DNA of 64,000 nucleotides from Escherichia coli (GTDB taxonomy: Bacteria > Pseudomonadota > Gammaproteobacteria > Enterobacterales > Enterobacteriaceae), in NCBI GenBank assembly GCA_023061495.1, contig GCA_023061495.1_3643.1, one strand, 5' to 3'. Position 1 is the stretch's first letter, and each line of letters begins with the position of its first letter. The notes beneath the pieces are model-generated. The model was not told where the DNA came from, searched no databases, and worked only from the letters and a program-made list of their open reading frames with translations. Shown here piece by piece: positions 1 through 10,136 of the stretch. The translations under genes and the position numbers were made by a program.

Positions 1-3000
1 GGCTTTTGGAAGATCCGGACCTTTATTATCACTGCGGCCTGTTTAAAGCGTTGAATAAGAACCGTTTTATGCTGTTCCTTCCTCTGAATGACCGCACACA
101 CTACTCCGAGGAGGATATAGAGAAGGCTAAGAACTTTATTCTGGCAAAGAAAACTCTTTATAAGGATTTTGAAGTTCGCATAGCAGATTTTTCAGAGTTG
201 GAAGGTTGGCTTACAGGAAATTCCGATTGGTCACCAACAGCTTTGAACTGCCATAACTGCTACAGTTATGACTTTATGCTGATGGAAAGATTATCCGGTA
301 TTCATTTTGATATGTTCCGTGATCCTAAATGCATGGGGACTATCAACAACCACCAGGTTAACCTGTTTGATACGTTGGCGATGAGCCGAATCTTGTGGCC
401 TGATCGCCCTTTACCAAAAGGTTGTCCGGACGCTGTATTCAACCCGGTTACTAAGAAAATGCAGCCTGTTGGTCCTCACGGCCTTATGGCATGGGGCTAC
501 GCCCTTGGTAACCAGAAAGTTCAAATTGATGACTGGCGCGATCTTCCGTTGTGGAAGTATGTGGATCGTGTATTCGAGGACGTTATCATCCAGGAGCTGC
601 TCTGGAAAGAGTTGGTAGCGGAATCAAAAGGTGTATTCTACGGCAAATCTGACATGCAGAACTTTATGTACGATCCTGCCAAAGAGAAGCCGAAAGGCTT
701 CAAGAAGATCACCTGGAAGAATGCATTGCGCCGGGGTATGCTGCAACACTTCCTGATGGAGCTGCAGGCCCGTCAGGGTGTGTATTTTGACATAGATGGG
801 GCTATTGCTTTACGTGACCGTTGCGATGCGTGGATGAAAGAAATCGCTGATCGTGTTGAACCACAACTACCTTTAAAAGAGCTGTCAATGTCTCAGCGGC
901 CCAAGTTCCCTGAAAAGCCGTTTAACCAAGATGGGACAATCTCCAATAATGGTTGGAAATGGTTAAAAGATAAGCTTGGCTATCCTGTGGACATGAGCGC
1001 TTTAGAGTTCAAAGCCCCACCTAAGCGAGCATTTACCTCCACAGGGGATGTCAGTAAGATGGGGATAAAATGGTGTGAAGAGATGGGCTGTAAAGACCCT
1101 GATAAGATGGCTGATTTCTTGAGGGGCTATATTAAGGGCACTTCCACACCACAACCTTTACCTAAAGAGCTAATGGATCAGGCAATAAGTGATCTACAGC
1201 AGAAGCGAATGCCTGACTGCAAGATACCTATGAAAATCAGCAATCAGGACGACATTAAGCGATACCTGATTAGTGCTGGTTGGCTTCCGACAATGTGGAG
1301 AACTAAGGATGTAACTAAAGACAGCAAGAAGAAAGCTCTACCTGATGCAGATGTTGATGCACGAGTATATGCATATATGGACGAGCTTTTAGAGTCAGAG
1401 TATTGTGACCTGATTATCAACTTCTGGAACAAAACTGATGCTAAGTTCCAGACAACCGTGCACAAGTTCCGAAGCTTTCCTAACTCCGAAAGGATTAAAA
1501 AGGAAGTATTCGGGAAAATACGTAGAAAAGCTAGGGCACTTATTACTTCTCCGCAACTGAAAGATACGTTTGGACACCTATGCCCTAATCTTGAAAAATT
1601 GAACGGAGAGATGGCTAAAGATATCGTCTTGTGGTTATCATTGCGAAACCGCAGATCGGTACTTGATCCAATCAAGGAGGATAAGGTTGATACTGGTCTT
1701 CTTAATCACCCACGTTTGAAGATTGACCATAAGCTTCCTGCTAAAAGTTCTGGGTTAACAAACACTTCCCGACAGAAACACAGTATTTGTGCGAACATGC
1801 CTAAACCATCTCCTAAAGTGGTTATGGGTAAAGAGATGCGTAGTCTGTGGGGTGTTCCTCCGGGATACTTTGAGATCGGTATTGACGGGTCCAACTTAGA
1901 GCAGCTTATCGGGGCTTGGGGTGCCTTTGAGTTCGACAACGGCCTGTATTATGATGTTGTAAGTAACGGCGATGCACACTGCTATTCAGGAGATACACAA
2001 ATTCTCACAGAGAAAGGGTGGATAAGGTTTGAAGATCTTGATCAGGAAACGCAAGTGTTCCAGTACGATCACAACACCTCGTCAATGAGCCTTGTTACTC
2101 CACTAAACTACGTTAAGCGGAGTTATTGCGGGGATATGTATCATTTCCACAACAGCAGCGTGGATTTTATGGTTACAGATCAACACAGAATGCTGACTGT
2201 TGACCACAGAAGCAATAAATTGTTTGAGGATTTGGCAAAAGATCTGAAAGCAGGTAAAGGGTCTAATTCAGGAAGAAGGTTTATCCATGCGGCAGAGTTT
2301 TATGGGAATACAACCTTATCCCCTGCTCAGATTAATTTACTTATTGCTATCCACGATGACGGAAACTTGCATACAAATAAAGATGGAAGCAGCGTATGCA
2401 GGGTCCAGGTTGGAAAGGGGAGAAAAGTTGCAATGCTTTTGGATACCTTTTCTGCTCTAAATCTTGATTATACAGAGCAGTGCGGGAAAACAACCAAAGG
2501 AGGTTTGCTGGCAAGAAGATTCCAATTCCACGTGCCGTCTTGGGTGTTTAAGTTTTTGGACAGCAACAAAGATTTCACCTATAGTTTGATGGATCTTGAT
2601 AAAGAATCTAAAAACCTGTTTATAGCTTCTTTATCTAACTGGGACGGGTGGGTATCTTCCGAAGGTGGAAAAGTTATTTACTACTCCCAGGCTGAGTGCA
2701 GGAAGAAATCTGTAGAAGTGGTGTCTGCCTTGGCTACTCAGTGTGGTTTACGGAACAACACGGTGACAATTCACAGAGAGGGTCGTGCCGTGCAGCACAG
2801 AATTACAATTGGTAGCAAACAGAAAGCAGGTTTACTAACACTGGATAAAGATCTTGTCGAGGTGAGTAATTCTTTGGTTTATTGCGTCACCGTTCCCTCC
2901 GGAGCGATTATTGTAAGGAGAGGTGGCAAGGTTGCAGTGTGCGGCAATTGCAATAACGCCAAAGCCTACTCTGCTGTAGCAGGTAAGGAAATTTCCCGTA

Positions 3001-3359
3001 ACGATGGTAAACCTGTCACGTATGGGGTTATGTACGGGGCACAAAAAGATAAAGTTGCAGATATGCTAGATATCTCTCCAGAACTGGGGCAGAGAGTAAT
3101 TGACGCTCTCTGGGATGCCAACCCAGGCCTTAAGGGGCGCAAAGAGGATCTGGAGAAATTCTGGGAAGCAACAGGTAAGAAATTTATCTATTCTTTTGAC
3201 GGCCATGCCATCTGGACCCGCTCTAAACACTCTTTGCTTAATGCATATCAGCAAAATGGCGGTGCCTCGTTGTGCGACTTGGTCGGAATCCTCATGCACC
3301 ACCAGATGGTGAAGCGTGGATGGTATGATGAGGGTGTTCGTCGTATTATTTATTACCAT
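1..3359 (+). CDS. DNA polymerase family A (3'-5' exonuclease + polymerase domains), exon 1; 5' end outside window; contains an intein
   Basis: Frame open from window edge; Exo II-like LNCHNCYSYDFMLM, motif A GIDGSNLEQL, motif B RNDGKPVTYGVMYGAQ; track ORF stops at ...IIYYHK* with HDE of motif C missing, so coding is taken to end at the H codon (3357-3359). Confidence 0.85.
1980..2948 (+). mobile_element. Intein (about 323 aa) with LAGLIDADG-type homing endonuclease domain, inserted after GDAH between pol motifs A and B
   Basis: Starts CYSGDTQILTEKG (block A), TDQH/TVDH (block B), LIAIHDDGN and LSNWDGW (LAGLIDADG-like), ends ...VAVCGN followed by Cys; removal restores GDAH-CNNAKAY junction. 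Confidence 0.75.
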
Positions 3360-4202
3360 AAATAACATTGTGGCTTCGTGCAGTGATGCACGTCGAAAAC
3401 CTCTTTAATTGACGGGAAGGCTAAGTTGACTTTTACACCTAAACATGGTAAAAGCTCAATATGCTAATCCGCAGCGAAGACTAAAGGGGTGTAGTTAAAA
3501 TGGCTAGATCAGCTGATTATCACGGGTATACCGTGTTTGATGATGGAACAATACCTTTATCGAAACGTGATCATACAACAATGTTTTGTTTTGATAATGG
3601 TCGAGGTTACCTTTGCGTGACCATGTTCATAGAGGGGAAGCAGTGCACAAAAGGTGTCCACCACTTAGTTGCTGAGTGCTTTGTATCAAACCCTGATCCT
3701 GAAAGGCTCACATGGGTGAACCATAAGGATGGAAATAAGTACAACAATGCATACTGGAACCTGGAGTGGACCACCCCCTGGTGGAAATATCAAACACGCC
3801 TACGATAATGACCTCAGAGTAAGGCCAGTCGGCGAGTATAATGCCAATGCTGTGCTGACCGAGGATGAGGTAATGGAGATTTGTGAACTGTTACAGAGCG
3901 GTCTACGACAATGTGAGATTAGGGATCTTGGGTATCCTTATGAAACGGTCAGAGCCATAAAGCAAAGAAGACAGTGGAAACATATCTCTAAAAACTACAC
4001 CTGGTAGTAACGTTCAGAGACTATCGAAAGCATAGCTCCAACATAGTTTGGTGTGAAGAAGCGAGTAGAGTAGGCCAGCAAGTGCGGTCGAAATGAGAGG
4101 TGCCTTGGTAACAAGGCAGTGAGATAGTCCGATCCATGCGGGAAACTGTATGGCTATGCACGTAATGGTGCGGGGTAGCTTAACGACCTACCTGAACTAT
4201 TG
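3360..4202 (+). mobile_element. Group I self-splicing intron in DNA polymerase gene, carrying an HNH endonuclease ORF
   Basis: 5' exon ends in U (3359), intron ends in G (4202); P-like AATTGACGGGAAGG (~3408), Q-like AATCCGCAGC (~3468), R-like GTTCAGAGACTA (~4010), S-like GAGATAGTCC (~4124); candidate P1 CCAU/GUGG; splicing joins ...IIYYH to DEYQLQV. Confidence 0.75.
3500..4007 (+). CDS. Intron-encoded HNH homing endonuclease, apparent frameshift near 3775-3790 (track ORFs 3500-3808 and 3729-4007)
   Basis: HNH core HHLVAECF...VNHKDGNKYNNAYWNLEWTT in one frame; continuation GNIKHAYDND...LTEDEVMEI...RQWKHI in the next frame; shift at the CCCCC run. Confidence 0.65.
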
Positions 4203-4556
4203 GATGAGTACCAACTTCAAGTACCTGACACACCGAAGTATAAGACTGTGTACACCTTCGACACAATAGAAGAACTGGAAGCATTTAAGGCAGAGCAGGA
4301 GGCCAAACTTCATGTGTTCGACGGTCATAAGTACAAAAAGGCACGCAAGGATGAGGACGGAAACGAAGTGGTTGACAAGGACGGAAATACGGTATACGAT
4401 CCTATCTTGAACGATGACGGAAAGCTTGAACTTATCTGGAGCCCTGTGGGCGAAATGGTGGTGCATTGCTTCTGGCAAGCTTCTAAAATGATGGGCGTTC
4501 CGTTCCAGATCACAGGTGAATACTTGTGTGGTCGTAACTGGGGTGATTGTCACTAA
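4203..4556 (+). CDS. DNA polymerase family A, exon 2 (C-terminal part incl. motif C)
   Basis: Begins GAT GAG (DE of HDE) right after intron omega-G; ends ...GRNWGDCH resembling the family A C-terminus (Klenow ...GENWDQAH). Confidence 0.75.
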   Translation, partial: DEYQLQVPDTPKYKTVYTFDTIEELEAFKAEQEAKLHVFDGHKYKKARKDEDGNEVVDKDGNTVYDPILNDDGKLELIWSPVGEMVVHCFWQASKMMGVPFQITGEYLCGRNWGDCH

Positions 4557-4605
4557 TGTAAACTATCAACACACGGAAGTGTTGTTAGACAGAGAGGAGA
4601 CTTTT

Positions 4606-4890
4606 ATGGTAGTAGAACCGACAAAAACATTTACCTCCATGACTATTCCTGTTATTATGCAGGTAGAGTGCGTTCAGGTTTCCCAAGTGTGGCCCGGTAC
4701 TAAAATTCCAACAGGGCCTGATTTCTTCCAGGTTGGAAAGGTGTACAATGTATGGAAGGCACCGGATTGTTACCCTTTCATTAAAGATGACCGTGGAATG
4801 TTATGGTATCTAGGAAATGATTTGACACTGCATCTTGGAAATGCTATTATTGCAGTGTTCCGGCTCAACAAGAAGGAGACAGATCAATGA
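4606..4890 (+). CDS. Hypothetical small protein (paralog family with KDD-G...W motif)
   Basis: ATG at 4606 preceded by GAGAGGAGA; motif FIKDDRGMLWYL shared with neighbours. Confidence 0.5.
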   Translation: MVVEPTKTFTSMTIPVIMQVECVQVSQVWPGTKIPTGPDFFQVGKVYNVWKAPDCYPFIKDDRGMLWYLGNDLTLHLGNAIIAVFRLNKKETDQ

Positions 4891-5114
4891 CAACTTTGGT
4901 TAAAGCTACGTTTGTAGAAGAAAAGATGACAGGCTTGTCATTCTTTAAAGAAGGAAAGACCTACAAGGTTTATTACGACAAGGATCGCGGAAACAATATG
5001 ATCGAAGACGAGGAAGGTATTTCCTGGTATATCTCTCACCTGGCAAATGGTGAGTATCATGTTTATGGAACCACCCTACTTGCCAAGTTTGTAGCTGTTG
5101 AAGAGGATCTATGA
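4887..5114 (+). CDS. Hypothetical small protein (same paralog family)
   Basis: ATGA start/stop overlap with upstream gene, RBS AAGGAGA; motif IEDEEGISWYI. Confidence 0.55.
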   Translation: MTTLVKATFVEEKMTGLSFFKEGKTYKVYYDKDRGNNMIEDEEGISWYISHLANGEYHVYGTTLLAKFVAVEEDL

Positions 5115-5305
5115 AAGTAAAGTATCTGGCTGAAGGTATGAGTAGGTATTTTACCCTTGGAGAAGAGTATTGGCCCTTTACGGAAAATGGAGATGTATAC
5201 GTGAAGGATGACCAAGGTGTGCCGTGGTTTCTGCACCATAATGGGTTGGGGTATTCCATCTACTGCGGTGCAGTGAACAACACAACCCTTGCAGAGTTCG
5301 TATAG
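5111..5305 (+). CDS. Hypothetical small protein (same paralog family)
   Basis: ATGA overlap coupling; motif VKDDQGVPWFL. Confidence 0.55.
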   Translation: MKVKYLAEGMSRYFTLGEEYWPFTENGDVYVKDDQGVPWFLHHNGLGYSIYCGAVNNTTLAEFV

Positions 5306-5315
5306 AGGAGGTAGA

Positions 5316-5687
5316 ATGTTAGTAAAAGGTACCCACACAGTCAAGCAACGTATTGAAGTTGAGATTGATGATTGTGAGCTGAAGCATATCTTACGGTCGT
5401 GCTCCAACGTTTTGCTCCTTAGTATTCTCCAGGAGCGAGCGGAGAACGAGTTCTTAAATGCACTGGCAGGCCGTCCTGGGGACTTCTGTGTGCGTAAGCG
5501 TGAAGATCGTAAGTCATGGTTGTGGGAAATCGATGCCGACTGGGATTACCACAAAAATGAGGGTATAGATGAGCCTATTCGTGAATTGACAGACAAAGAG
5601 ATTCAGATGTACAATGAAGTTTGTCATTGGGCAAAACGCCAACAAATTTACCTCGACCCTGTGTGGATGATTGAAAATAGCCATTGA
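5316..5687 (+). CDS. Hypothetical protein
   Basis: ATG at 5316 preceded by AGAGGAGG; track ORF 5289-5687 trimmed to this start. Confidence 0.5.
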   Translation: MLVKGTHTVKQRIEVEIDDCELKHILRSCSNVLLLSILQERAENEFLNALAGRPGDFCVRKREDRKSWLWEIDADWDYHKNEGIDEPIRELTDKEIQMYNEVCHWAKRQQIYLDPVWMIENSH

Positions 5688-5764
5688 CAAGAAGTAAGAT
5701 TGGATATAAGATGCTTCACACAAACAGAGAGTTGATTTTTTAAATAATTGAGGAGACTGCTAAG

Positions 5765-6019
5765 ATGCAAATCACTTTGAAGCCAGAATGCGTTGCAAAT
5801 GACCGAGCTTTTAAAGATTGCACAATCGGTGCAATTTATGAAGCAGAGTTTTGTGAGAATCCTCTGGTAAAAGCCCTTCTGGAAGAAGGGGCACCTTTAT
5901 CACAAGAAGAACTTGATGAGTTGGAAAACTCAGCCCAATGTCTTACCTTTAAAGATGATGAAGGAGACTCTGTCTGGTGCACTGTTAATGAAGTCGTTTT
6001 TGTAAAACCTGAACATTAA
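5765..6019 (+). CDS. Hypothetical small protein (paralog of 6083-6355)
   Basis: RBS GAGGAG upstream of ATG; RAFKDCT...KDDEGDSVWCT matches neighbour. Confidence 0.55.
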   Translation: MQITLKPECVANDRAFKDCTIGAIYEAEFCENPLVKALLEEGAPLSQEELDELENSAQCLTFKDDEGDSVWCTVNEVVFVKPEH

Positions 6020-6082
6020 TACTTGACAACAGCGATAGGACCTAATACAATGGTCCTATCAAAACGAAAGGGGACCACAACA

Positions 6083-6355
6083 ATGACCAAACAATACCAA
6101 CGAATTAAAGCCAAGGTTAAGCCAGACTATCTGGAGAAGGACTCTGCTTTTCGGGACTGCACAGCTGACAAAGTTTACACAGGGGCCGTCCTGTTGAACG
6201 ATGAACTTGAAGTAGATATTCTGGGTAAAGAGGCCACTATTAAGGACGACCAAGGCGATTATGTTTGCTGCACCACACGTGAGCTAGAAATCTTAGAATA
6301 CTTCGGTGAAATCTTCACCTCTCTTGATGATTACTTAGACGACGAGGAAGCTTAA
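6083..6355 (+). CDS. Hypothetical small protein (paralog of 5765-6019)
   Basis: ATG 6083 after AAAGGGGA; SAFRDCT...KDDQGDYVCCT. Confidence 0.5.
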   Translation: MTKQYQRIKAKVKPDYLEKDSAFRDCTADKVYTGAVLLNDELEVDILGKEATIKDDQGDYVCCTTRELEILEYFGEIFTSLDDYLDDEEA

Positions 6356-6744
6356 TGAAAAATATTTGGGATATTGATATCTTTGAAGCCTCCAAGCTTG
6401 ACGGTGCTGATGGAGTGATTATGGTGTCTGATGGCAAGGCAACACTAACTTCCGGAGATATCATCTATGCCTTGGACGAGCTGGCGCTTCTGAAGTCTAC
6501 CGGTAACACTCTAGAGGAGCGTCTTCAAGGCTTCGCCTTCAAAGAAGGCACAAATACCGCCATGATGTGCACCACACGGACAGTTCAGGTGGGTAACGGT
6601 GTCTATATGATTATTGCTGTGTGTCCTAAATTCAGCAACGTCAACAAAGATGATGCTGACGCGGTAAACGATGTGGTTGTTCTCTTCGTGGGTGACGCTA
6701 TGGCAGATCTGATGAATGCAGGAGAAGCAGCAAATGAAGACTGA
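6355..6744 (+). CDS. Hypothetical protein
   Basis: ATGA overlap with upstream stop; ORF track. Confidence 0.5.
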   Translation: MKNIWDIDIFEASKLDGADGVIMVSDGKATLTSGDIIYALDELALLKSTGNTLEERLQGFAFKEGTNTAMMCTTRTVQVGNGVYMIIAVCPKFSNVNKDDADAVNDVVVLFVGDAMADLMNAGEAANED

Positions 6745-7036
6745 AAACATCACCCCAGCAGGGTTCTTAAAAGTATACCGTGAACTGCTATATACTACAG
6801 AGGACAGTGTTCTGGAGTATCCAGAATATCTTTTGCTGTATAAGTATCTACAGGAGGCTGGTGAAAATCTGCCAGTTAGTGCAGAAGGCGGTCCGAACTG
6901 GGTATACAGCGCATGGAGAAAGGTTGACATTCTCCCAGATCCAGGTAAAGATATGGTAGTTTGGCAGCTTATCAACAACATCGGGATTCCAATCTTCGAT
7001 GAAGCTGTTAAAATCTATTTTGAACTTGACGATTAA
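6734..7036 (+). CDS. Hypothetical protein
   Basis: ATG 6734 after GGAGAAG; overlaps upstream gene end by 11 nt. Confidence 0.45.
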   Translation: MKTENITPAGFLKVYRELLYTTEDSVLEYPEYLLLYKYLQEAGENLPVSAEGGPNWVYSAWRKVDILPDPGKDMVVWQLINNIGIPIFDEAVKIYFELDD

Positions 7037-7053
7037 TATCAGGAGACCTTAAG

Positions 7054-7299
7054 ATGACTGAAGTAGTTGCTCGCGTAGGACAGAAAGTACGTTGTGTTGA
7101 AGTAGGTTTTGGTGGCAAAGGGTGTCAAAACTTGACTCAAGGTAAGGAATACGCTGTTATCTCTGGTGGTGGCGACGAAAGTATTGTGTTCGAGGGCCAC
7201 ATCCTGGATGCTGAAAACTTTGAAATCTTTGACGACGATGGGGATCCGATCACCTGCCTGCTGGACGGGAATTGGGGAACTTTCGAAGTGATTGGCTAA
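7054..7299 (+). CDS. Hypothetical small protein (IFDDDGDPITC motif, likely same family as 4606-6355 genes)
   Basis: RBS AGGAGA then ATG; ORF track. Confidence 0.55.
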   Translation: MTEVVARVGQKVRCVEVGFGGKGCQNLTQGKEYAVISGGGDESIVFEGHILDAENFEIFDDDGDPITCLLDGNWGTFEVIG

Positions 7300-7382
7300 C
7301 AAATACCTATTGTAATTTACAGAAGGGGATGCTAAAATAGTGTCTCCTTCTATGTTGTTCAAATAAAATCGGAGATTCCATA

Positions 7383-7748
7383 ATGGAACAAATGAACGAT
7401 CAAGAGTCGGTTGCGATGAACGAGCAAGAACAACCTCAAGAATTTTTCTTAGGGTTAAGTAAAGATCAAGTGTCTCTTTTGCTAGTGCTTTCTTCTTTCA
7501 TGGGAAGACTTCAGGAGCTCACACAACAACCGGAGGCTGAACAATTATTTCAGGCTCTGCGTGAAGAAGAAAAATATCGTCGTTTGGACTATGCCTTAGG
7601 TTGGGTAGCTCAACAACGAGATATGCTGATGGCCCTCTCTGGGACCACAAGTTTTGCAATGGGCCTGTTGGCTCAAGTTCAGGACAAATTAATTCAAGCA
7701 GGGTTTGCACACACGGCAAACACTAACGAAGAACAAGGAGACAAATAA
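7383..7748 (+). CDS. Hypothetical protein
   Basis: RBS-like GGAGA upstream of ATG; ORF track. Confidence 0.5.
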   Translation: MEQMNDQESVAMNEQEQPQEFFLGLSKDQVSLLLVLSSFMGRLQELTQQPEAEQLFQALREEEKYRRLDYALGWVAQQRDMLMALSGTTSFAMGLLAQVQDKLIQAGFAHTANTNEEQGDK

Positions 7749-8974
7749 TGAGCGTTATTCAACAATTCGCTAACCCGATGAATCCGCGTGAAACTGTTTT
7801 GCTGGCTCACGGCATGATCAAGCGTGTTAGCATTAAACCTATTAAAGGGGCTGATCCTGCAACAGGTATTAAAACCACCGTGTGGCAAGGTAAGAAAATT
7901 GAATCCAGCCACACTATCTCTTTACTGATTTCTGAACTGGATTCCTCTGATAACCTGCTTCAAGGCGGTGAAGAAGTCTGGATCAGCATGGGTGATAAGC
8001 TGCTTAAACCGGGGCATCAAGACTCTGTCTCTGTTAAGATTGATGACAAGTGGGAAACAGTAACGCCAGGATGGATCGTAAATATTCCTTTGAAGGCAAA
8101 CGAGCATAACGGTAAGACCTATTACAAAGGCTCACTGGCTAAGATGGTTAAGCTGGGTGTAGGAGAGGCTCCAGCAGCGACTCAGCAGCAAAAACAGCAA
8201 CAAGGTGCACAATCACAAGGCCAGAAGCAGAAACCTCAGCAGAATGCCAATCAGGACGTTTTACGCATCTATGGTGATGTGACTCAGATTGTTGGCAACG
8301 TGGTTACTGTCAATGACCACAAGATTGGCGAAGGTGCTATGGTTGTCACCGATGAGCAGCTTAAAGATCTGGTGGTAGGTGGTCGTGTTGCAGCCATTGT
8401 TGACAAAGACACAGGAAACATTATCAGTGGTTTCAAAGCCTATCCCCCTAAGGCAGAGAACGGCACTCAAGGCTCCGGTGGCAAGCGTAAATCCTCTTAC
8501 GACCCTATCGGTGTGGAAACGGGGCATAGCATCAATGCGTTGCAGATCATCCTGGATCGCGGGTTTAAGGTAGACGACCCACTGGGCGTGGCTAAAACAC
8601 TGCACGTAGTCACCATTGAGCTTAAGAAAGAGTATGCTCAGGCCACCAACCGAACTGAAGATGAAGTAGGTGCCAGTGTCGGTAATGCGGTGTTGAACGC
8701 TTGTCGCCGTATTGACAAGAAAACGAAAGTTGATGATTTTGCAGCGGCAATTACTGCAGAAGCAAAAGATGTCTTGACTAATCTGGCTGAGCCGTTGTAC
8801 GATTGGATCAAGAACGGTGCTGGGTCAACTGACCATCAAGAACCTCAGGCTACCAAACAGGAAGCAGCTCCACAGCAAAACACTGTAGACGCTCCTCCTG
8901 TAGATGATGGGGAAGACGACCCGATGGATCAGAATCCGGCACAGTATGATTTCGATGACTCGATCCCCTTCTGA
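7748..8974 (+). CDS. ssb: Single-stranded DNA-binding protein (long form, Q-rich linker, acidic C-terminal tail)
   Basis: C-terminus ...DDGEDDPMDQNPAQYDFDDSIPF matches the bacterial SSB tail (E. coli ...DFDDDIPF); Q/G-rich linker before it. Confidence 0.65.
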   Translation: MSVIQQFANPMNPRETVLLAHGMIKRVSIKPIKGADPATGIKTTVWQGKKIESSHTISLLISELDSSDNLLQGGEEVWISMGDKLLKPGHQDSVSVKIDDKWETVTPGWIVNIPLKANEHNGKTYYKGSLAKMVKLGVGEAPAATQQQKQQQGAQSQGQKQKPQQNANQDVLRIYGDVTQIVGNVVTVNDHKIGEGAMVVTDEQLKDLVVGGRVAAIVDKDTGNIISGFKAYPPKAENGTQGSGGKRKSSYDPIGVETGHSINALQIILDRGFKVDDPLGVAKTLHVVTIELKKEYAQATNRTEDEVGASVGNAVLNACRRIDKKTKVDDFAAAITAEAKDVLTNLAEPLYDWIKNGAGSTDHQEPQATKQEAAPQQNTVDAPPVDDGEDDPMDQNPAQYDFDDSIPF

Positions 8975-8982
8975 GTCCAATT

Positions 8983-9561
8983 ATGAAATGCAAACGTTGT
9001 GGGGAGGACAAGGAGGCCTCCGACTTCTATACCAGCAACAAATCAACGTGCAAAGAGTGTTGCAAGAAGGCCAGTAGAGAGTCTGACCAATTTGCTAGAG
9101 ACTCTTCCGAAAAAGGTGTAATACGCGTGTTGTACAAGGCTCAAAAGTGCAACAGCAAGCAAAGAGGTCACCCTCCTCCGACTTACACCAAGAAAGAGTT
9201 TAAGGATTGGCTATACCTAAACGGTTACAAAGAGTTGTATGACCAATGGGTAGCCAGCGGATACGACAAAAGGAAAAAGCCTTCTTGTGACAGGATAGAT
9301 GATTTCAAAGGATACTCTTTTGATAATATCCGTTTAACGACTTGGGGAGAAAATAAAGACAAACAGACAGATGATATTCTGTTGCATAGGAGCACCAGTG
9401 GTAGACGGTGTAAAAACGTAAGAAGACTGGATAGGAATGGTAACATTCTCAAAGAGTGGGTATCTCACAATTCTTGTAGAAGAGAAACCGGAATATGTGT
9501 TGATTACTACATTCATGAAAAAATTCCAGCTCCAGATGGATACTTCTATGAATACTTTTAA
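8983..9561 (+). CDS. Zinc-ribbon protein with degenerate HNH-like and NUMOD-like segments (homing-endonuclease-like)
   Basis: N-terminal CxxC...CxxC; DNIRLTTWGENKDK resembles HNH_3 C-terminal strand but catalytic His pattern absent. Confidence 0.45.
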   Translation: MKCKRCGEDKEASDFYTSNKSTCKECCKKASRESDQFARDSSEKGVIRVLYKAQKCNSKQRGHPPPTYTKKEFKDWLYLNGYKELYDQWVASGYDKRKKPSCDRIDDFKGYSFDNIRLTTWGENKDKQTDDILLHRSTSGRRCKNVRRLDRNGNILKEWVSHNSCRRETGICVDYYIHEKIPAPDGYFYEYF

Positions 9562-9623
9562 TACCTAGTTAACATAGCTCTGCCCGAAAGGGTGGGGCAT
9601 TTTTGTATAAAGAGGCCTGAAAA

Positions 9624-10040
9624 ATGACATTAGAAGATATCATTGTTAAACCTGAGAACTATGATCAATACAATCTATCAACTCAGTCTGTGGACCTTGG
9701 ATGCGCCACTGTCAGTGCGTGGCTGGTTAACGGAAAAGAGCTGGATAAATGCTTAGAAGCTCACATGACTGTGAACAAGTTCCTTGATGAAAATACTCAC
9801 TGGCTGGAAGGTGCAGGTGTATACGCTTCGTGGCTGGAGAGTATGGGATTTGACTACCAATCTGAAGAGGGGTGGTGGAGCTATTTAGCTATCTGTCCAG
9901 AGACGCTGAAATGCTTCATGAAATATTCTGAAGATTTGGAGTACCGGGCGGTGGTTGACAGTGCTATTGCCCGTTATAGCCGCAAACCTTTTTCCCACGA
10001 CATTAAAACTGTGGAAGAATTTGTTGAAGTTTTCTGTTGA
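9624..10040 (+). CDS. Hypothetical protein
   Basis: RBS AAAGAGG upstream of ATG; ORF track. Confidence 0.5.
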   Translation: MTLEDIIVKPENYDQYNLSTQSVDLGCATVSAWLVNGKELDKCLEAHMTVNKFLDENTHWLEGAGVYASWLESMGFDYQSEEGWWSYLAICPETLKCFMKYSEDLEYRAVVDSAIARYSRKPFSHDIKTVEEFVEVFC

Positions 10041-10136
10041 CACAGATTGAAAGGTGTGCAATTATAACTTCATAGAACGGGAGGACGCGATGAACGAAGA
10101 AAACTGGGATGTATAACTAACAGGAGGCCACTGCCC

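Noticed and set aside
1244-3368. Minus-strand ORFs inside the DNA polymerase gene (1244-1675, 1395-1577, 1706-1939, 2835-3044, 3066-3368) and + ORF 3100-3312
   Set aside because: Antisense or alternative-frame shadow ORFs within a gene that has clear polymerase motifs
3775-3790. Programmed ribosomal frameshift in the intron HNH gene
   Set aside because: No slippery heptamer or downstream structure noted; a homopolymer indel or real pseudogenisation is more parsimonious
4179-4202. Reading the polymerase C-terminal ORF from its TTG at 4200 as an independent gene
   Set aside because: The frame is only meaningful as exon 2: it begins exactly with the DE of motif C after the intron omega-G
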